This document shows positions 9,504 to 19,534 of a DNA stretch of 64,000 nt, in pieces. The DNA lies in contig CAVPIW010000014.1 of NCBI GenBank assembly GCA_963705105.1, positions 192,001 through 256,000 of the forward strand, written 5' to 3'. The DNA is from an uncultured Nitrospiraceae bacterium (GTDB lineage: Bacteria > Nitrospirota > Thermodesulfovibrionia > Thermodesulfovibrionales > Dissulfurispiraceae). The stretch's first letter is position 1; each line of letters starts with the position of its first letter. The position numbers were made by a program, and so were the translations under genes. Under the pieces are notes generated by a model that made no database searches, was not told the origin of the DNA, and was given only the letters and a program-made list of their open reading frames with translations.

Positions 9504-10130
9504 TCATTTCTCTTTCAGGATGTAATCGACGAGCTCCTCGGAAAAGTCGTCCATATCGATGATCATCCTGTTCGCTCTGCTGAGGAAATAGTTGTAGGCG
9601 ACGACGGCCGGGATGGCAGCGGCGAGGCCGACGGCCGTCGCGATGAGGGCCTCGGCGATGCCGGGGGCGACGACGGCGAGCGATGCCGATCCGGCGCTCC
9701 CGATGCCGCGGAATGAGTTCATGATGCCCCAGACCGTCCCGAAGAGGCCGATGAAGGGCGTCGTCGATCCTGTCGTGGCGAGGAAGTTGAGGTATTTTTC
9801 GAGCTTCGCCGACTCGAGGGCCGCATACCGTCTGAGCATGCGCTTGAGCTCGTCGCGGTCGATGTAGGTCTTTTCGGCATACACGGACCGGAAGAGGTTC
9901 GACAGGGGGCTGACGGCATACTTTTTCGACGCAGAAAAGAGATCCTTCGGGTCTCTCGTCGAGTTGTAGATCCGGAGGAAATGCTCGGTCTCCTTGTCGG
10001 ATCCCTGAAAGTGGCGCCATTTCTGGAAAATGATCGCCCAGGACACGATGGAGAAGAAAAGAAGGCATATCAGGACGGCCTTGACGACGTAGCCGGCCTG
10101 CAGAATGAGTTGTAACGCCGATTGTTCCAT
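9504..10130 (-). CDS. tolQ: TolQ
   Basis: ATG 10130 with AGGAGG; FLATTGSTTPFIGLFGTVWGIMNSF, VAPGIAEALIATA. Confidence 0.96.
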   Translation of the reverse strand: MEQSALQLILQAGYVVKAVLICLLFFSIVSWAIIFQKWRHFQGSDKETEHFLRIYNSTRDPKDLFSASKKYAVSPLSNLFRSVYAEKTYIDRDELKRMLRRYAALESAKLEKYLNFLATTGSTTPFIGLFGTVWGIMNSFRGIGSAGSASLAVVAPGIAEALIATAVGLAAAIPAVVAYNYFLSRANRMIIDMDDFSEELVDYILKEK

Positions 10131-10232
10131 AGACCTCCTAAATCTTCTCACTTTATCCAATATCTTTTTAAAATGTCAAATTGTCGCATCATTTCAGTTG
10201 CTTTTTTCCCCAATGCTGCGGTAATGTGCAGT

Positions 10233-11222
10233 ATGGGTTACACGGACATCGTCCACGGTTTCAGGGGCAAGAGAATCCTGATTATAGGCGATCTCATCCT
10301 CGACCGGTACATCTACGGAAAGGTGCGCCGGATCTCTCCGGAGGCGCCCGTGCCGGTCGTCGAGGTGACGGGGGAGTCCTTTCTCCTCGGCGGCGCCGCC
10401 AATGTGGCGAACAACATCGTGGCCCTCGGCGGCAGGGTCTCTCTTGCCGGTGTCGTTGGGAGGGACACGGCCGGGACTGTCTTCCGGGAACTGCTGCAGG
10501 AAAAGGGGATCGAGGTGTCAGGCATCATAGAAGACAAGCGCCATACGACGGTCAAGACAAGGATCCTCGCCCACAACCAGCAGGTCGTCCGGTTCGACCG
10601 GGAAGACACGAAGAGGGTCGAGGGAAAGAACCTCTCCCGGCTCCTCGATTACCTCCGCGAGGCAGTTCCCGCCCACGATGCCGTGATCGTCTCGGATTAC
10701 AAGAAAGGCGTCATTTCGTCGATGCTCATCAAGTCCCTCGTCCGGTTCTCCGCCGTCAACGGGACCTTCATCGCCGTCGATCCCAAGGTGGGCCATTTCC
10801 ATTTCTACAAAAACGTCTCCCTCATCACGCCGAATACCCTCGAGGCCTCCCAGGGCGCGGGTGTCGAGATCCGCGACGAGAAGAGCCTCCTGAAGGCCGG
10901 TCGGACCCTGCTGACCCGGCTTCACTGCCGGTCCATCCTCGTCACGAGAGGCGAGGACGGTATGAGCCTCTTCACTCGCGGAGATGCCTCACGGGGAACT
11001 GAGGTCATTCACATCCCGACGGCGGCGAAAAAGGTCTTCGATGTGACCGGTGCAGGCGACACCGTCATTGCCACCTTCACCCTTGCCCATGCTGCCGGGG
11101 CCTCACTTGAAGAGGCCGCCGTCATCGCCAACCACTCAGCCGGCATCGTCGTCGGCGAGGTGGGCACCGCCGTTTCGACGCCGGGGCAACTGCTGAAATC
11201 CCTGGTCAGGGCGGGTGAATAG
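10233..11222 (+). CDS. rfaE1: D-glycero-beta-D-manno-heptose-7-phosphate kinase (RfaE domain I, PfkB family)
   Basis: IGDLILDRY..RISPEAPVPVV, LGGAANVA, SDYKKG, DVTGAGDT. Confidence 0.93.
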   Translation: MGYTDIVHGFRGKRILIIGDLILDRYIYGKVRRISPEAPVPVVEVTGESFLLGGAANVANNIVALGGRVSLAGVVGRDTAGTVFRELLQEKGIEVSGIIEDKRHTTVKTRILAHNQQVVRFDREDTKRVEGKNLSRLLDYLREAVPAHDAVIVSDYKKGVISSMLIKSLVRFSAVNGTFIAVDPKVGHFHFYKNVSLITPNTLEASQGAGVEIRDEKSLLKAGRTLLTRLHCRSILVTRGEDGMSLFTRGDASRGTEVIHIPTAAKKVFDVTGAGDTVIATFTLAHAAGASLEEAAVIANHSAGIVVGEVGTAVSTPGQLLKSLVRAGE

Positions 11223-11227
11223 GGGGC

Positions 11228-12232
11228 ATGGCGAAGGCGATCGCCCTTTACTCGGGAGGCCTCGACAGCATCCTTGCCATCCTGACCGTCCTGAAACAGG
11301 GCGTGAGCGTCTCGGCCCTGACTTTTCTGACCCGCATCGGCTGCGGCGTCTCCGCTGAAGGACCGGCCTCCCGGGGGCTCCACGAAAAGGCGAAGGATCA
11401 CGGGTTCTCCCTCCAACTCAGGGACCTCTCGGACAAATTCCTGGACATCGTGAAGCGGCCCAAACACGGCTACGGCAAGAACATGAACCCCTGCCTCGAC
11501 TGCAAGATCCTCATGCTCAGGGAGGCGAAGGAGGAAATGACGGCGCAGGGCGCCGACTTCGTCGTCACCGGCGAGGTGCTCTGGCAGAGGCCCATGAGCC
11601 AGCGCCGCGACACCTTTCCGGTCATCGACCGCGAAGCGGGCCTCGATGGACTCATCCTCCGGCCCCTGAGCGCGAAGCTCCTGAAGCCGACGATCCCGGA
11701 AGAACGGGGACTCATCGATAGGGAAAAACTGCACGGGTTCTCCGGCAGGGGAAGGAAGCCCCAGATGGCCCTTGCCGCGGATTTCGGCCTCACCGACTAC
11801 CCGCAGCCGGCAGGCGGATGCCTCCTGACGGACCCGATCTACTCTGCCCGACTGAGAGACCTCCTCGGCAGAAACCCGGCGGCGACCATGACGGACCTGG
11901 CCCTCCTCAGGACGGGCCGCCACTTCAGGGTGTCCGGTGACACAGAGATCCTGGTAGGAAGGGATGAGCGTGACAACGATGCGCTCATGGGGCTGGCCGG
12001 GGCATCGGACTACGTGCTGAGCGTCGACGGGTTCGGGAGCCCGGCAACGCTCGTCCGGGGCGCTGTCACGGACGACGTCCTCATGCTCGCCGCCTCAATC
12101 TGCGCGAGGTATTCCGACGCGAAAGGACTGCCCACCGTTGCCGTGACGGTGCAGCAGGGAGGACACACGCGCGTTGTCACTGTTGCGCCCATCAGGGACA
12201 TCGACCTCGACGCCTACCGCCCGCAGCATTGA
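11228..12232 (+). CDS. ThiI/MnmA-like tRNA thiolase-type PP-loop protein with C-terminal NFACT-R-like domain
   Basis: ALYSGGLDS PP-loop, NPCLDCK, TGEVLWQRPMSQ, PAGGCLLTD, GRHFR..VGRD. Confidence 0.85.
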   Translation: MAKAIALYSGGLDSILAILTVLKQGVSVSALTFLTRIGCGVSAEGPASRGLHEKAKDHGFSLQLRDLSDKFLDIVKRPKHGYGKNMNPCLDCKILMLREAKEEMTAQGADFVVTGEVLWQRPMSQRRDTFPVIDREAGLDGLILRPLSAKLLKPTIPEERGLIDREKLHGFSGRGRKPQMALAADFGLTDYPQPAGGCLLTDPIYSARLRDLLGRNPAATMTDLALLRTGRHFRVSGDTEILVGRDERDNDALMGLAGASDYVLSVDGFGSPATLVRGAVTDDVLMLAASICARYSDAKGLPTVAVTVQQGGHTRVVTVAPIRDIDLDAYRPQH

Positions 12233-12243
12233 ACCTGCCTGTA

Positions 12244-12636
12244 TCACAGCTTGCACGCGTACTTCCTGCACCTGAGAGGCCGTTGTTGATGAATCGAACA
12301 CATATACGTCGTCCGGTTCAGGTGGGGGCAATAGCCGTCCTCGTCGCGGGCGATATAATAGGGGCGCAGGGGATTATGCCTGACGTGGCCCCTGCGTACC
12401 TCTTCCTGCGTGAGGGCGAAGACATAGGTGCAGCAGAGGGCCCGACACCATTCGAGCTTTGACAGGCAGTCGACGTAGGCCTCCGGCTCCGTTTCGTCTT
12501 CGAGACCATAGACAATCCCGTCGATCAGCACCATCCGCTCCAGGGCGATCTCGAAAAGCCTCGCCTTCTCGGCCTCGGACAGGTCCGTCGTCGCGGCCCT
12601 GACGGGGCACTCCTCACTTTTCTTGTCTTCAGGCAT
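12244..12636 (-). CDS. YkgJ-family CxxCxxCC cysteine-cluster protein
   Basis: CLSKLEWCRALCC, DGYCPHL, CSIHQQRPLRCRKY. Confidence 0.8.
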   Translation of the reverse strand: MPEDKKSEECPVRAATTDLSEAEKARLFEIALERMVLIDGIVYGLEDETEPEAYVDCLSKLEWCRALCCTYVFALTQEEVRRGHVRHNPLRPYYIARDEDGYCPHLNRTTYMCSIHQQRPLRCRKYACKL

Positions 12637-12731
12637 ACATTGTTTTTACCATATTTTGACGGTCCTGTCGACCATTGCGGCATCGACAAGGCTGCAGCAT
12701 ATGGTTGTCCTCCGACATTCTCAGGCTGTTC

Positions 12732-12818
12732 TGTCATTCCGGCTCGTCCGGAATCGTTCTTTTATTTCAGAAGGATTTCCGACGGCTCCGCAGCAAGTGC
12801 GGGCTTGCGGGAATGACA
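12732..12818. repeat. Small palindromic element TGTCATTCC...GGAATGACA
   Basis: 9-bp terminal inverted repeat plus internal ATTCCGG..CCGGAAT hairpin. Confidence 0.65.
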
Positions 12819-12948
12819 ACCTGTGTGGTCACCCCGTGACGCCTTAACAGGGCTCCGTTCAGGTCGTCGTTTCGATGGTCGATAACAATACATCCGTCAA
12901 GAAAGAGATCGGGGGGGAATATATCGGGCCCCGGTGAGGTGAGAAGAC

Positions 12949-13356
12949 ATGAAGGACCAGAGAGCGCATACAAGAATCCGGACTCAGGGCACGGTGATGC
13001 TGAAGCCGGCGATCGATTCGCCCACGGTCACGCGAGCCGCCCTTGTTGACATGAGTTACAAGGGAATGGCCGTTTCGTGCCGGGAGATGATCGAAAAGGG
13101 ACGAATCGTTTTCATTACCCTGGCAAATGTGGCGCCTCTGAAAGGGTGGCTGTTCATCGGCACCGGTGAGGTTGTTGCAGTCAATGCCACGAAGAGAGGG
13201 GCCTCGGACGTCTACCGGATCTCCTTCAAGTTTGTGGACGTCCAGGCAGGCCTCGTCCAGCGCGTGATCCAGGGTATCCTGAGGCACAGGATTCTTCAGA
13301 CGAGGAAAAAGGCTGTAACTGCGGCGGCCGGGAAAGGTGGCAGCGTCCGCTTCTGA
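12949..13356 (+). CDS. PilZ-domain protein
   Basis: QRAHTR (RxxxR) and DMSYKG (DxSxxG); GAGGTGA RBS. Confidence 0.8.
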   Translation: MKDQRAHTRIRTQGTVMLKPAIDSPTVTRAALVDMSYKGMAVSCREMIEKGRIVFITLANVAPLKGWLFIGTGEVVAVNATKRGASDVYRISFKFVDVQAGLVQRVIQGILRHRILQTRKKAVTAAAGKGGSVRF

Positions 13357-13366
13357 GGCGGAGAGG

Positions 13367-14206
13367 CTATAGCCTCACGGGCACACTGCGGGTCTTCAGG
13401 TACTCCTTTGCTTCCCGGACGGTGTATTCCCGATAGTGGAAAATGGACGCGGCGAGAGCGGCATCGGCCTTCCCGGCGGTGAGGCCCTCGTAGAGGTGTT
13501 CGAGATTGCCGACGCCCCCTGAAGCGATGACAGGAATCGTGACCGTTTCGGCAATCGTTTTTGTTAATTCAATATCGTAGCCGTCCCTGGTGCCGTCCCG
13601 GTCCATGCTCGTCAAAAGGATCTCGCCGGCGCCGAGCTCCTCCATCCTCCGTGCCCACGCAACTGCATTTATGCGCTTCATGACGCGGCCGCCGTGCGTC
13701 GAGATCGCCCAGGTCATCCCTGAAACGGGTCCCGCCAGGCAGACATCCCTCAGTGCTTCGTCGGCATACCACGGTTCGTCCGGGCCGTATGTGAGGCCTT
13801 CAGCGATCCGTTTGGCATCGATGGCGACGACGATGCACTGGCTGCCGAATCTCTCGGCGGCGCGGCTGACGAAGAAGGGGTCTTTCACCGCCGTCGTGTT
13901 GATCGACACCTTGTCGCAGCCCGCATTGAGGAGGTCCCTGATGTCGTCGGTGCTCTTGATCCCTCCGCCGACGGTCAGGGGCATGAAAACGTCCGTGGCA
14001 GTCCTCTCGACGACGTCGAGGATGATTTTCCGCTTCTCATGGGAGGCCGTGATATCGAGGAAGACGAGCTCATCGGCGCCCTGCTCGTCGTAAAAAATCG
14101 CATTGTCGACAGGGTCTCCGGCGTCGCGCAGATTGACGAAGCTCACGCCCTTGACGACACGCCCGTCCTTCACGTCAAGACAGGGGATGATCCTCTTGGC
14201 AAGCAT
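13367..14206 (-). CDS. hisF: Imidazole glycerol phosphate synthase cyclase subunit
   Basis: [44 protein letters not shown]. Confidence 0.97.
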   Translation of the reverse strand: MLAKRIIPCLDVKDGRVVKGVSFVNLRDAGDPVDNAIFYDEQGADELVFLDITASHEKRKIILDVVERTATDVFMPLTVGGGIKSTDDIRDLLNAGCDKVSINTTAVKDPFFVSRAAERFGSQCIVVAIDAKRIAEGLTYGPDEPWYADEALRDVCLAGPVSGMTWAISTHGGRVMKRINAVAWARRMEELGAGEILLTSMDRDGTRDGYDIELTKTIAETVTIPVIASGGVGNLEHLYEGLTAGKADAALAASIFHYREYTVREAKEYLKTRSVPVRL

Positions 14207-14935
14207 CTATCCCGTTCCTCCCGACGCCAGGCCTATCGCCTCGGCGAGGTCGATGGCGCCCGAATAGAGGGCCTTGCCGGTGATGGCGCCCCAGAGACCG
14301 TCGATCTCCGTCAACCTGCGGATGTCGTCGAGGGAGGAGACGCCTCCCGAGGCGATCACGGGGATCGAGACGGCTTTTACCATCTCCCTCGTCTGTTCAA
14401 TGTTCGGACCGGTCATCATGCCGTCTCTCGCCACGTCGGTATAGATGATGCCGGCGACACCCCCGCCCTCCATCGTCACGGCCAGTTCCGTCGCCTTCAC
14501 ACCTGTTGTTTCCACCCATCCCTTGACGGCGACGAAACCGTTCTTCGCGTCGATGCCGGCGATGATCCTGCCGGGATGGGAAGAGCAGGCCCGTTTCACG
14601 AGGTCCGGGTTTTCGACGGCGATCGTGCCGAGGATGACCCTGTCGACGCCGAGGGCGATGAGCTGATCGATCGTCTCCATGTCCCGGATGCCGCCCCCCA
14701 CCTCGATCGTCATTCTGACGGCCTGCCGTATGGATCGTATGCTGTCGAAATTTTTCTGCCTGCCCGTGAAGGCGCCGTCGAGGTCGACGATGTGGAGGAG
14801 ACCGGCGCCGGCTGACTCCCATTTTAGCGCCGTCGCGACGGGATCGTCGGAATAGACGGTGGCGTCCTCCTTCCTCCCCTGGAGGAGGCGGACACAGAGG
14901 CCGTCTTTTAAATCTATTGCAGGAATCACATACAT
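14207..14935 (-). CDS. hisA: ProFAR isomerase HisA
   Basis: [41 protein letters not shown]; true start ATG 14935. Confidence 0.96.
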   Translation of the reverse strand: MYVIPAIDLKDGLCVRLLQGRKEDATVYSDDPVATALKWESAGAGLLHIVDLDGAFTGRQKNFDSIRSIRQAVRMTIEVGGGIRDMETIDQLIALGVDRVILGTIAVENPDLVKRACSSHPGRIIAGIDAKNGFVAVKGWVETTGVKATELAVTMEGGGVAGIIYTDVARDGMMTGPNIEQTREMVKAVSIPVIASGGVSSLDDIRRLTEIDGLWGAITGKALYSGAIDLAEAIGLASGGTG

Positions 14936-14975
14936 CGCTATAATATAACAGAAAGCCGTGCCGGATTGCCGAAAC

Positions 14976-15716
14976 ATGAGAAAGCACATACCCCTTATTC
15001 TTGTCGCCTTCCTGCTTTGCCCTCTGGCCGCCTCCGCTTTTTCCATTCCGGAAAAGCTGAGCTTCGATCTCCAGTGGACGGGGATCAGCGCGGGAAAAGC
15101 GGAGCTGGAGGTGAGGGAAAACGGCAAGCAGATCCAGCTCATCTCGAAGGCCACGTCAGCGGAATGGATATCCTATCTGTACCCGGTGAACGATCTCATC
15201 GTCAGTTCCCTCAGGAAAGAGAACGCCAGGGGGAAACCAGCCAACTTCGTCGGCTCTCCGCAGAACTACAGGGCCCAGGTGCGGGAGGGGAGGCACCGCC
15301 GCGACAAGGAGTTCATCTTTGACCAGGAAGGAAAGCGGGTCACATATATTAATCATGTTGCCGGCGAGCGCAGGGACTTTCCCATCGGCGGCCTGACCTT
15401 CGATCCCCTGTCGAGTTTCTTTTACCTGAGAACCATGCCGCTGGAGACGGGCAAGTCCGTCTATATCAACCTCTTCGACAACAAGAAGGTCTATCCCCTC
15501 GAGGTCAAGGTGCTGAAGCGCGAGACGATCGAGACGAAGCTCGGCGCCTTCAGGACCATTGTCGTCAAGCCGATCCTGAAGTCAGAGGGCATCTTTTCCC
15601 GCAGGGGGGATATCCTCATCTGGCTGACGGACGACGAAAAGAGGCTCCCCGTGCAGGTCAAGACAAGAATCGCCGTCGGGTCGGTCAAGGCGACCCTCGT
15701 GGGAGGCACCTACTGA
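14976..15716 (+). CDS. DUF3108-family exported protein
   Basis: Signal peptide, [38 protein letters not shown]. Confidence 0.8.
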   Translation: MRKHIPLILVAFLLCPLAASAFSIPEKLSFDLQWTGISAGKAELEVRENGKQIQLISKATSAEWISYLYPVNDLIVSSLRKENARGKPANFVGSPQNYRAQVREGRHRRDKEFIFDQEGKRVTYINHVAGERRDFPIGGLTFDPLSSFFYLRTMPLETGKSVYINLFDNKKVYPLEVKVLKRETIETKLGAFRTIVVKPILKSEGIFSRRGDILIWLTDDEKRLPVQVKTRIAVGSVKATLVGGTY

Positions 15717-16474
15717 TCCCCGCTTCCGTCGTCATCGTCACGAAAAACGAGGAGAGGAACATCGGCGATGCCCTCGAGAGCGTCGGGAACTTCGCTGAGG
15801 TCGTCGTTATCGACGACTTCAGCGCCGATGGGACCGTCGAGATCGCCCGGCGGTACACCGACAAAATACACCAAGTCAGGTGGCAGGGCTACGCGAAGCA
15901 GAAACAGACAGGCATCGACATGGCGACCCTTCCCTGGGTCCTCGTCCTCGACGCCGACGAGAGGGTGACCGGTGCGCTGAAAGACGAGATCGCGGGAGCC
16001 ATCGACAGAGCGGAGTGCGCGGGATACTACATCGCGAGGAAGAATTACTTCCTCGGCACGTGGATCAGGCACGGCGGATGGTGGCCCGACTACACGCTCC
16101 GGTTCTTCAGGAAGGACGCAGGCCGCATGGAGCAGCGGGAGGTCCACGAAAAGATCGTCGTGACGGGGAAGGTGGGGCATTTCAGGAATCCCATGACTCA
16201 CATCACCTACCGGACCCTGGCGGAGTATGTGCGGAAAATGGACCGCTATGCCTCCCTCTCCGCCCGGGAACTCCGGGACAACGGAAAAAACTTTTCGCCC
16301 TCTTCGCTCATACTGAACCCCCTTGCGACCTTCTTCCGCATGTATCTCCTGCAGCAGGGGTTCCGCGACGGCTTCCCGGGCTTCGTCCTCGCCGGCCTGT
16401 ACGGTTTTTACGCCTACCTCAAATATCTCAAGCTGTGGGAAATGGAGAGGGATCAGGGATCGAAAACTGAATGA
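15713..16474 (+). CDS. Glycosyltransferase family 2 (WaaE/LgtF-like); probable CTG start
   Basis: Frame of ORF 15920-16474 extends upstream as [44 protein letters not shown] lies 6 nt before CTG 15713. Confidence 0.88.
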   Translation: MIPASVVIVTKNEERNIGDALESVGNFAEVVVIDDFSADGTVEIARRYTDKIHQVRWQGYAKQKQTGIDMATLPWVLVLDADERVTGALKDEIAGAIDRAECAGYYIARKNYFLGTWIRHGGWWPDYTLRFFRKDAGRMEQREVHEKIVVTGKVGHFRNPMTHITYRTLAEYVRKMDRYASLSARELRDNGKNFSPSSLILNPLATFFRMYLLQQGFRDGFPGFVLAGLYGFYAYLKYLKLWEMERDQGSKTE

Positions 16475-16497
16475 CCGAAGTCACATTCAGCAAGACT

Positions 16498-17679
16498 TTA
16501 AAGGCCAAGATCCATAACGGGCAAATCGATAAAATCACGGCAGATGGTAGTGGTCCCCTGATCGCTCCAGGCGGCCAAACGTCGGCCTGCCCAGTAGGGT
16601 CGTACGTCACTCTTGCCTACCCGAAATTCCAACTGATTGCCGCTGGTACACGCTGACGAGGAGCTGAAGCTTCCGTTTCCGGCGCCCGGCATGAAGTAGT
16701 TGATGTCGCTCCTTCCGTCCAGTATCCTCACCAGGATATGCATGTCGGCGCCGAACTTGTACCCGAACGTTGGGTCCAACGGTCCGTTCAAGACATAACG
16801 CACATAGACAAAACTGCTGTCCTGGGCCAGATAGACTTCCCTGATATCCCGACCGGCAACATTGCCGCAGTCAGGGCCGTCGGTGTCGAGATAGACCCTG
16901 TCCCGGTCGGTCCAGTCATTGAAATTGCAGTCGATTGAAATCGTCTTCCGCTTCACCAGAAAGATCGCGCATTCCGGAACGTTCCCCAGAAGAGAAAAGG
17001 ACGTGTCTTCATTGAAGACCATTTCCATTGTGTCCCCGTCCCGCGTACTCCACCATGCCCCCACGAAGCCTACGCCCCGGCCGCTCGTTCTGTTGAAGGT
17101 ACGCTGGTCACCATCCTCATCCACCAGGAGGGTAAATGCAGATGATGTCAATGAAACCACGGGAAGCTCGATGACGCCCAAAGGCGGACCCCCGCAATCC
17201 GCGAGGTTCGTGCTACGCGTGTCCAGTCGCAGGACCCCTGATGTCTCATTGTAGGAGTATGATCCGTTTGAGAAACGGCGCAGGTCGAATTGCTTCAGAT
17301 CAAGCAGGACCGGGCCTGACGGGACCAGCGCAAGGTCAAGCCAGTAACGGGTTCCGGTCAGGTCAAAACAGGGCAGGCGAAGGCTGTTACGAAGAAAGTC
17401 GAAGGTTGCACATTCGGAAACGTTCCCCGATGCGTTGTCGACACCGAACGCTTTGATCTCGAATGTCACCGAGTCAGACGGAACAAGTCCCAGGTCCAGC
17501 CAGTATGAGGCGTGGTCAAAGCTGAAGCACGGCACATGTATTGTGCCGGTGTTTGCATTAAAGGATGCACACTGGTCGGCTCGGGCGCCCGATGGCGTGA
17601 CCAGGAACACAAAGAGAGCAGTCATGAAGAAGAACAAAAAGCCTTTGATTATCCCTGAAAGAAAACCGGTTCTTTTCAT
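16498..17679 (-). CDS. Exported hypothetical protein with two Cys-containing N-terminal repeats
   Basis: Signal peptide ending ARA; repeats CASFNANTGTIHVPCF..YWLDL and CATFDFLRNSLRLPCF..YWLDL. Confidence 0.7.
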   Translation of the reverse strand: MKRTGFLSGIIKGFLFFFMTALFVFLVTPSGARADQCASFNANTGTIHVPCFSFDHASYWLDLGLVPSDSVTFEIKAFGVDNASGNVSECATFDFLRNSLRLPCFDLTGTRYWLDLALVPSGPVLLDLKQFDLRRFSNGSYSYNETSGVLRLDTRSTNLADCGGPPLGVIELPVVSLTSSAFTLLVDEDGDQRTFNRTSGRGVGFVGAWWSTRDGDTMEMVFNEDTSFSLLGNVPECAIFLVKRKTISIDCNFNDWTDRDRVYLDTDGPDCGNVAGRDIREVYLAQDSSFVYVRYVLNGPLDPTFGYKFGADMHILVRILDGRSDINYFMPGAGNGSFSSSSACTSGNQLEFRVGKSDVRPYWAGRRLAAWSDQGTTTICRDFIDLPVMDLGL

Positions 17680-17907
17680 ACGTCCCTCCATTTCTCTCAC
17701 TGTCACCGCAGTGCAGCGATGAATACCTGCCCGTAGTCCGGGAGCATGTTAGCATGCAAACCGGTTGAGTGTCAAAGGAAAAGGATCAGGGGATATAAAG
17801 GGATCGATCCGCAATTCAGGGAATGATAAGCAAAAGATACGAGGATTCCGAAATGTGGCTCTTGCCCGGCGGCACGTGGGACAAAAAAGACATGGCCGAA
17901 TTCAAAG

Positions 17908-18013
17908 CCGCGACGGCTTCCCTGGATTCATCCTCGCCGGCCTGTACGGTTTTTACGCCTACCTCAAATATCTCAAGCTGTGGGAAATGGAGAGGGATCA
18001 GGGGACAGACGGC
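17908..18013 (+). repeat. Second copy of the glycosyltransferase 3' end
   Basis: Near-identical to 16363-16459. Confidence 0.95.
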
Positions 18014-18072
18014 GACAGCCGGTAGCCGTCTGTCCTGGATATCCGGCTGCCGCCATCCAAATAAGATGCGCC

Positions 18073-18840
18073 TTACTTTTTCTGCCTGATGACGTCCTGC
18101 GCCTTCTGATAGCTCTCTATAAGGGCTTCGTAGTTTGGCGCCACCGTTGCATACAGCTTTGCGAGTTCAGCCGCTTCGGGCCGGTTCCAGGTCCGGTGAA
18201 TTTCACTGAGCACCGCGTTGGTGCTGGTCGGGATGACACCGGCCTGGGTGAAGCGGGCAAGGGTCGTTCTCGAAACCATCTCGCTCGGGTCGCCGGAAGC
18301 ATCGATCACGGCGTAGACCCTGAAGCCCTCCGCCTTCGCGTCCAGCGCCGGGAACATGACGCAGACGCTCGTCCAGACGCCGGACATGATCAGGGTCTTC
18401 TTGCCGGTTGCGCGGACCGCCCTGACGAAATCCTCGTTTTCCCACGCGTTCACTTCACCCTTGCGGGCCACGTAGACCGCATGCGGGGCGAACTGGTGAA
18501 TCTCGGGCATGAGAGGACCGTTCGGACCATTCGGCTCCGAGGCGGTCGTGATGACGGGAATCTTCAGCAAAGTCGCCAGCTTCGCCAGCACGATAGTGTT
18601 GGTCCGCAGTTCGGCCACGCTGATGTCCTTTACCGTCTGGAACAGACCTGATTGATGGTCGAGAAAGAGCATCACCGAATCCGCGGGGTCGAGGAGGGGC
18701 TTCACAGAGCCCTTTGCTGCCACGGGGACCGTCTGCTGAGCGGTCGCAGGACCGGCGTGGATCACAAATACTGCGACTGAGAACAAGATAAGAACAAACA
18801 ACATCATACCTGCAATTCTTGATACCCGAAGCGATTTCAT
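18073..18840 (-). CDS. Isochorismatase-like hydrolase (YcaC type) with signal peptide
   Basis: FLDHQSGL, TASEPNGPNGP, GEVNAW, GVWTSVCVMFPA. Confidence 0.88.
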   Translation of the reverse strand: MKSLRVSRIAGMMLFVLILFSVAVFVIHAGPATAQQTVPVAAKGSVKPLLDPADSVMLFLDHQSGLFQTVKDISVAELRTNTIVLAKLATLLKIPVITTASEPNGPNGPLMPEIHQFAPHAVYVARKGEVNAWENEDFVRAVRATGKKTLIMSGVWTSVCVMFPALDAKAEGFRVYAVIDASGDPSEMVSRTTLARFTQAGVIPTSTNAVLSEIHRTWNRPEAAELAKLYATVAPNYEALIESYQKAQDVIRQKK

Positions 18841-19076
18841 AACTGTCTCCTTTCTTTCTGCTGAGGTGTCTCTGAAACCCCATCCCCTAATCGAAGTATA
18901 TCAGACTTTTATGCGTTGTCAATCCGGCCGCATGGACTGACATGGCTCCACCTCACATGCACGAAAAGGCGCATACACCAGGCCTTTCATGAGTGCGCAT
19001 TGCAAAGATAAGGTCTATTGACAGGCCGGGTCATTCATGATAGGTTTAGAAAAACGGCAACGGCGGAGAGTGCACA

Positions 19077-19433
19077 ATGGCTTCATTTGCAGACGGGGTC
19101 CGTCTTTTCAACGAGAGACGATTCAGGGAGGCCCATGACGCATGGGAAGGTCTGTGGAAGCCGCTTCCGCCCTCACTGAAAAAGGACTTTCTCAAGGGCC
19201 TGATCCTCGTCGCTGTGGGTTTTCTCCATTACCAGCGGCATGAGTATCGCGGGACTCACAAGGCTCTCCCAAGGGCCATATTCCTGATGGAGCAGTCGAA
19301 AGAAGAGGCTCCCGGAATCGACGTAGATAGTCTGATTCGCCTGGTCAAGCAGTTCTATTCGGCTTTTTCGGCTGACGAGGGATCACAGTCTGACGATGAC
19401 TTCCCCTGCATCACCATGTCTCCCGGCAATTGA
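19077..19433 (+). CDS. DUF309-domain protein
   Basis: GVRLFN..FREAHDAWEGLW..FLKGLI..AVG. Confidence 0.85.
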   Translation: MASFADGVRLFNERRFREAHDAWEGLWKPLPPSLKKDFLKGLILVAVGFLHYQRHEYRGTHKALPRAIFLMEQSKEEAPGIDVDSLIRLVKQFYSAFSADEGSQSDDDFPCITMSPGN

Positions 19434-19450
19434 CTCTACCGCCCATGCCA

Positions 19451-19534
19451 CCCAACACGTTGTGCAATGCAATTTTAAAGTGACAACTTAATTTTGCATT
19501 ATGGGGGCGGGCCTGCAAGCGATGTGGAATTTCT
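19451..19534. repeat. Direct repeat copy 1 (AT-rich palindrome plus 30-bp core)
   Basis: GGGCGGGCCTGCAAGCGATGTGGAATTTCT is identical at 19505-19534 and 21020-21049. Confidence 0.9.
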
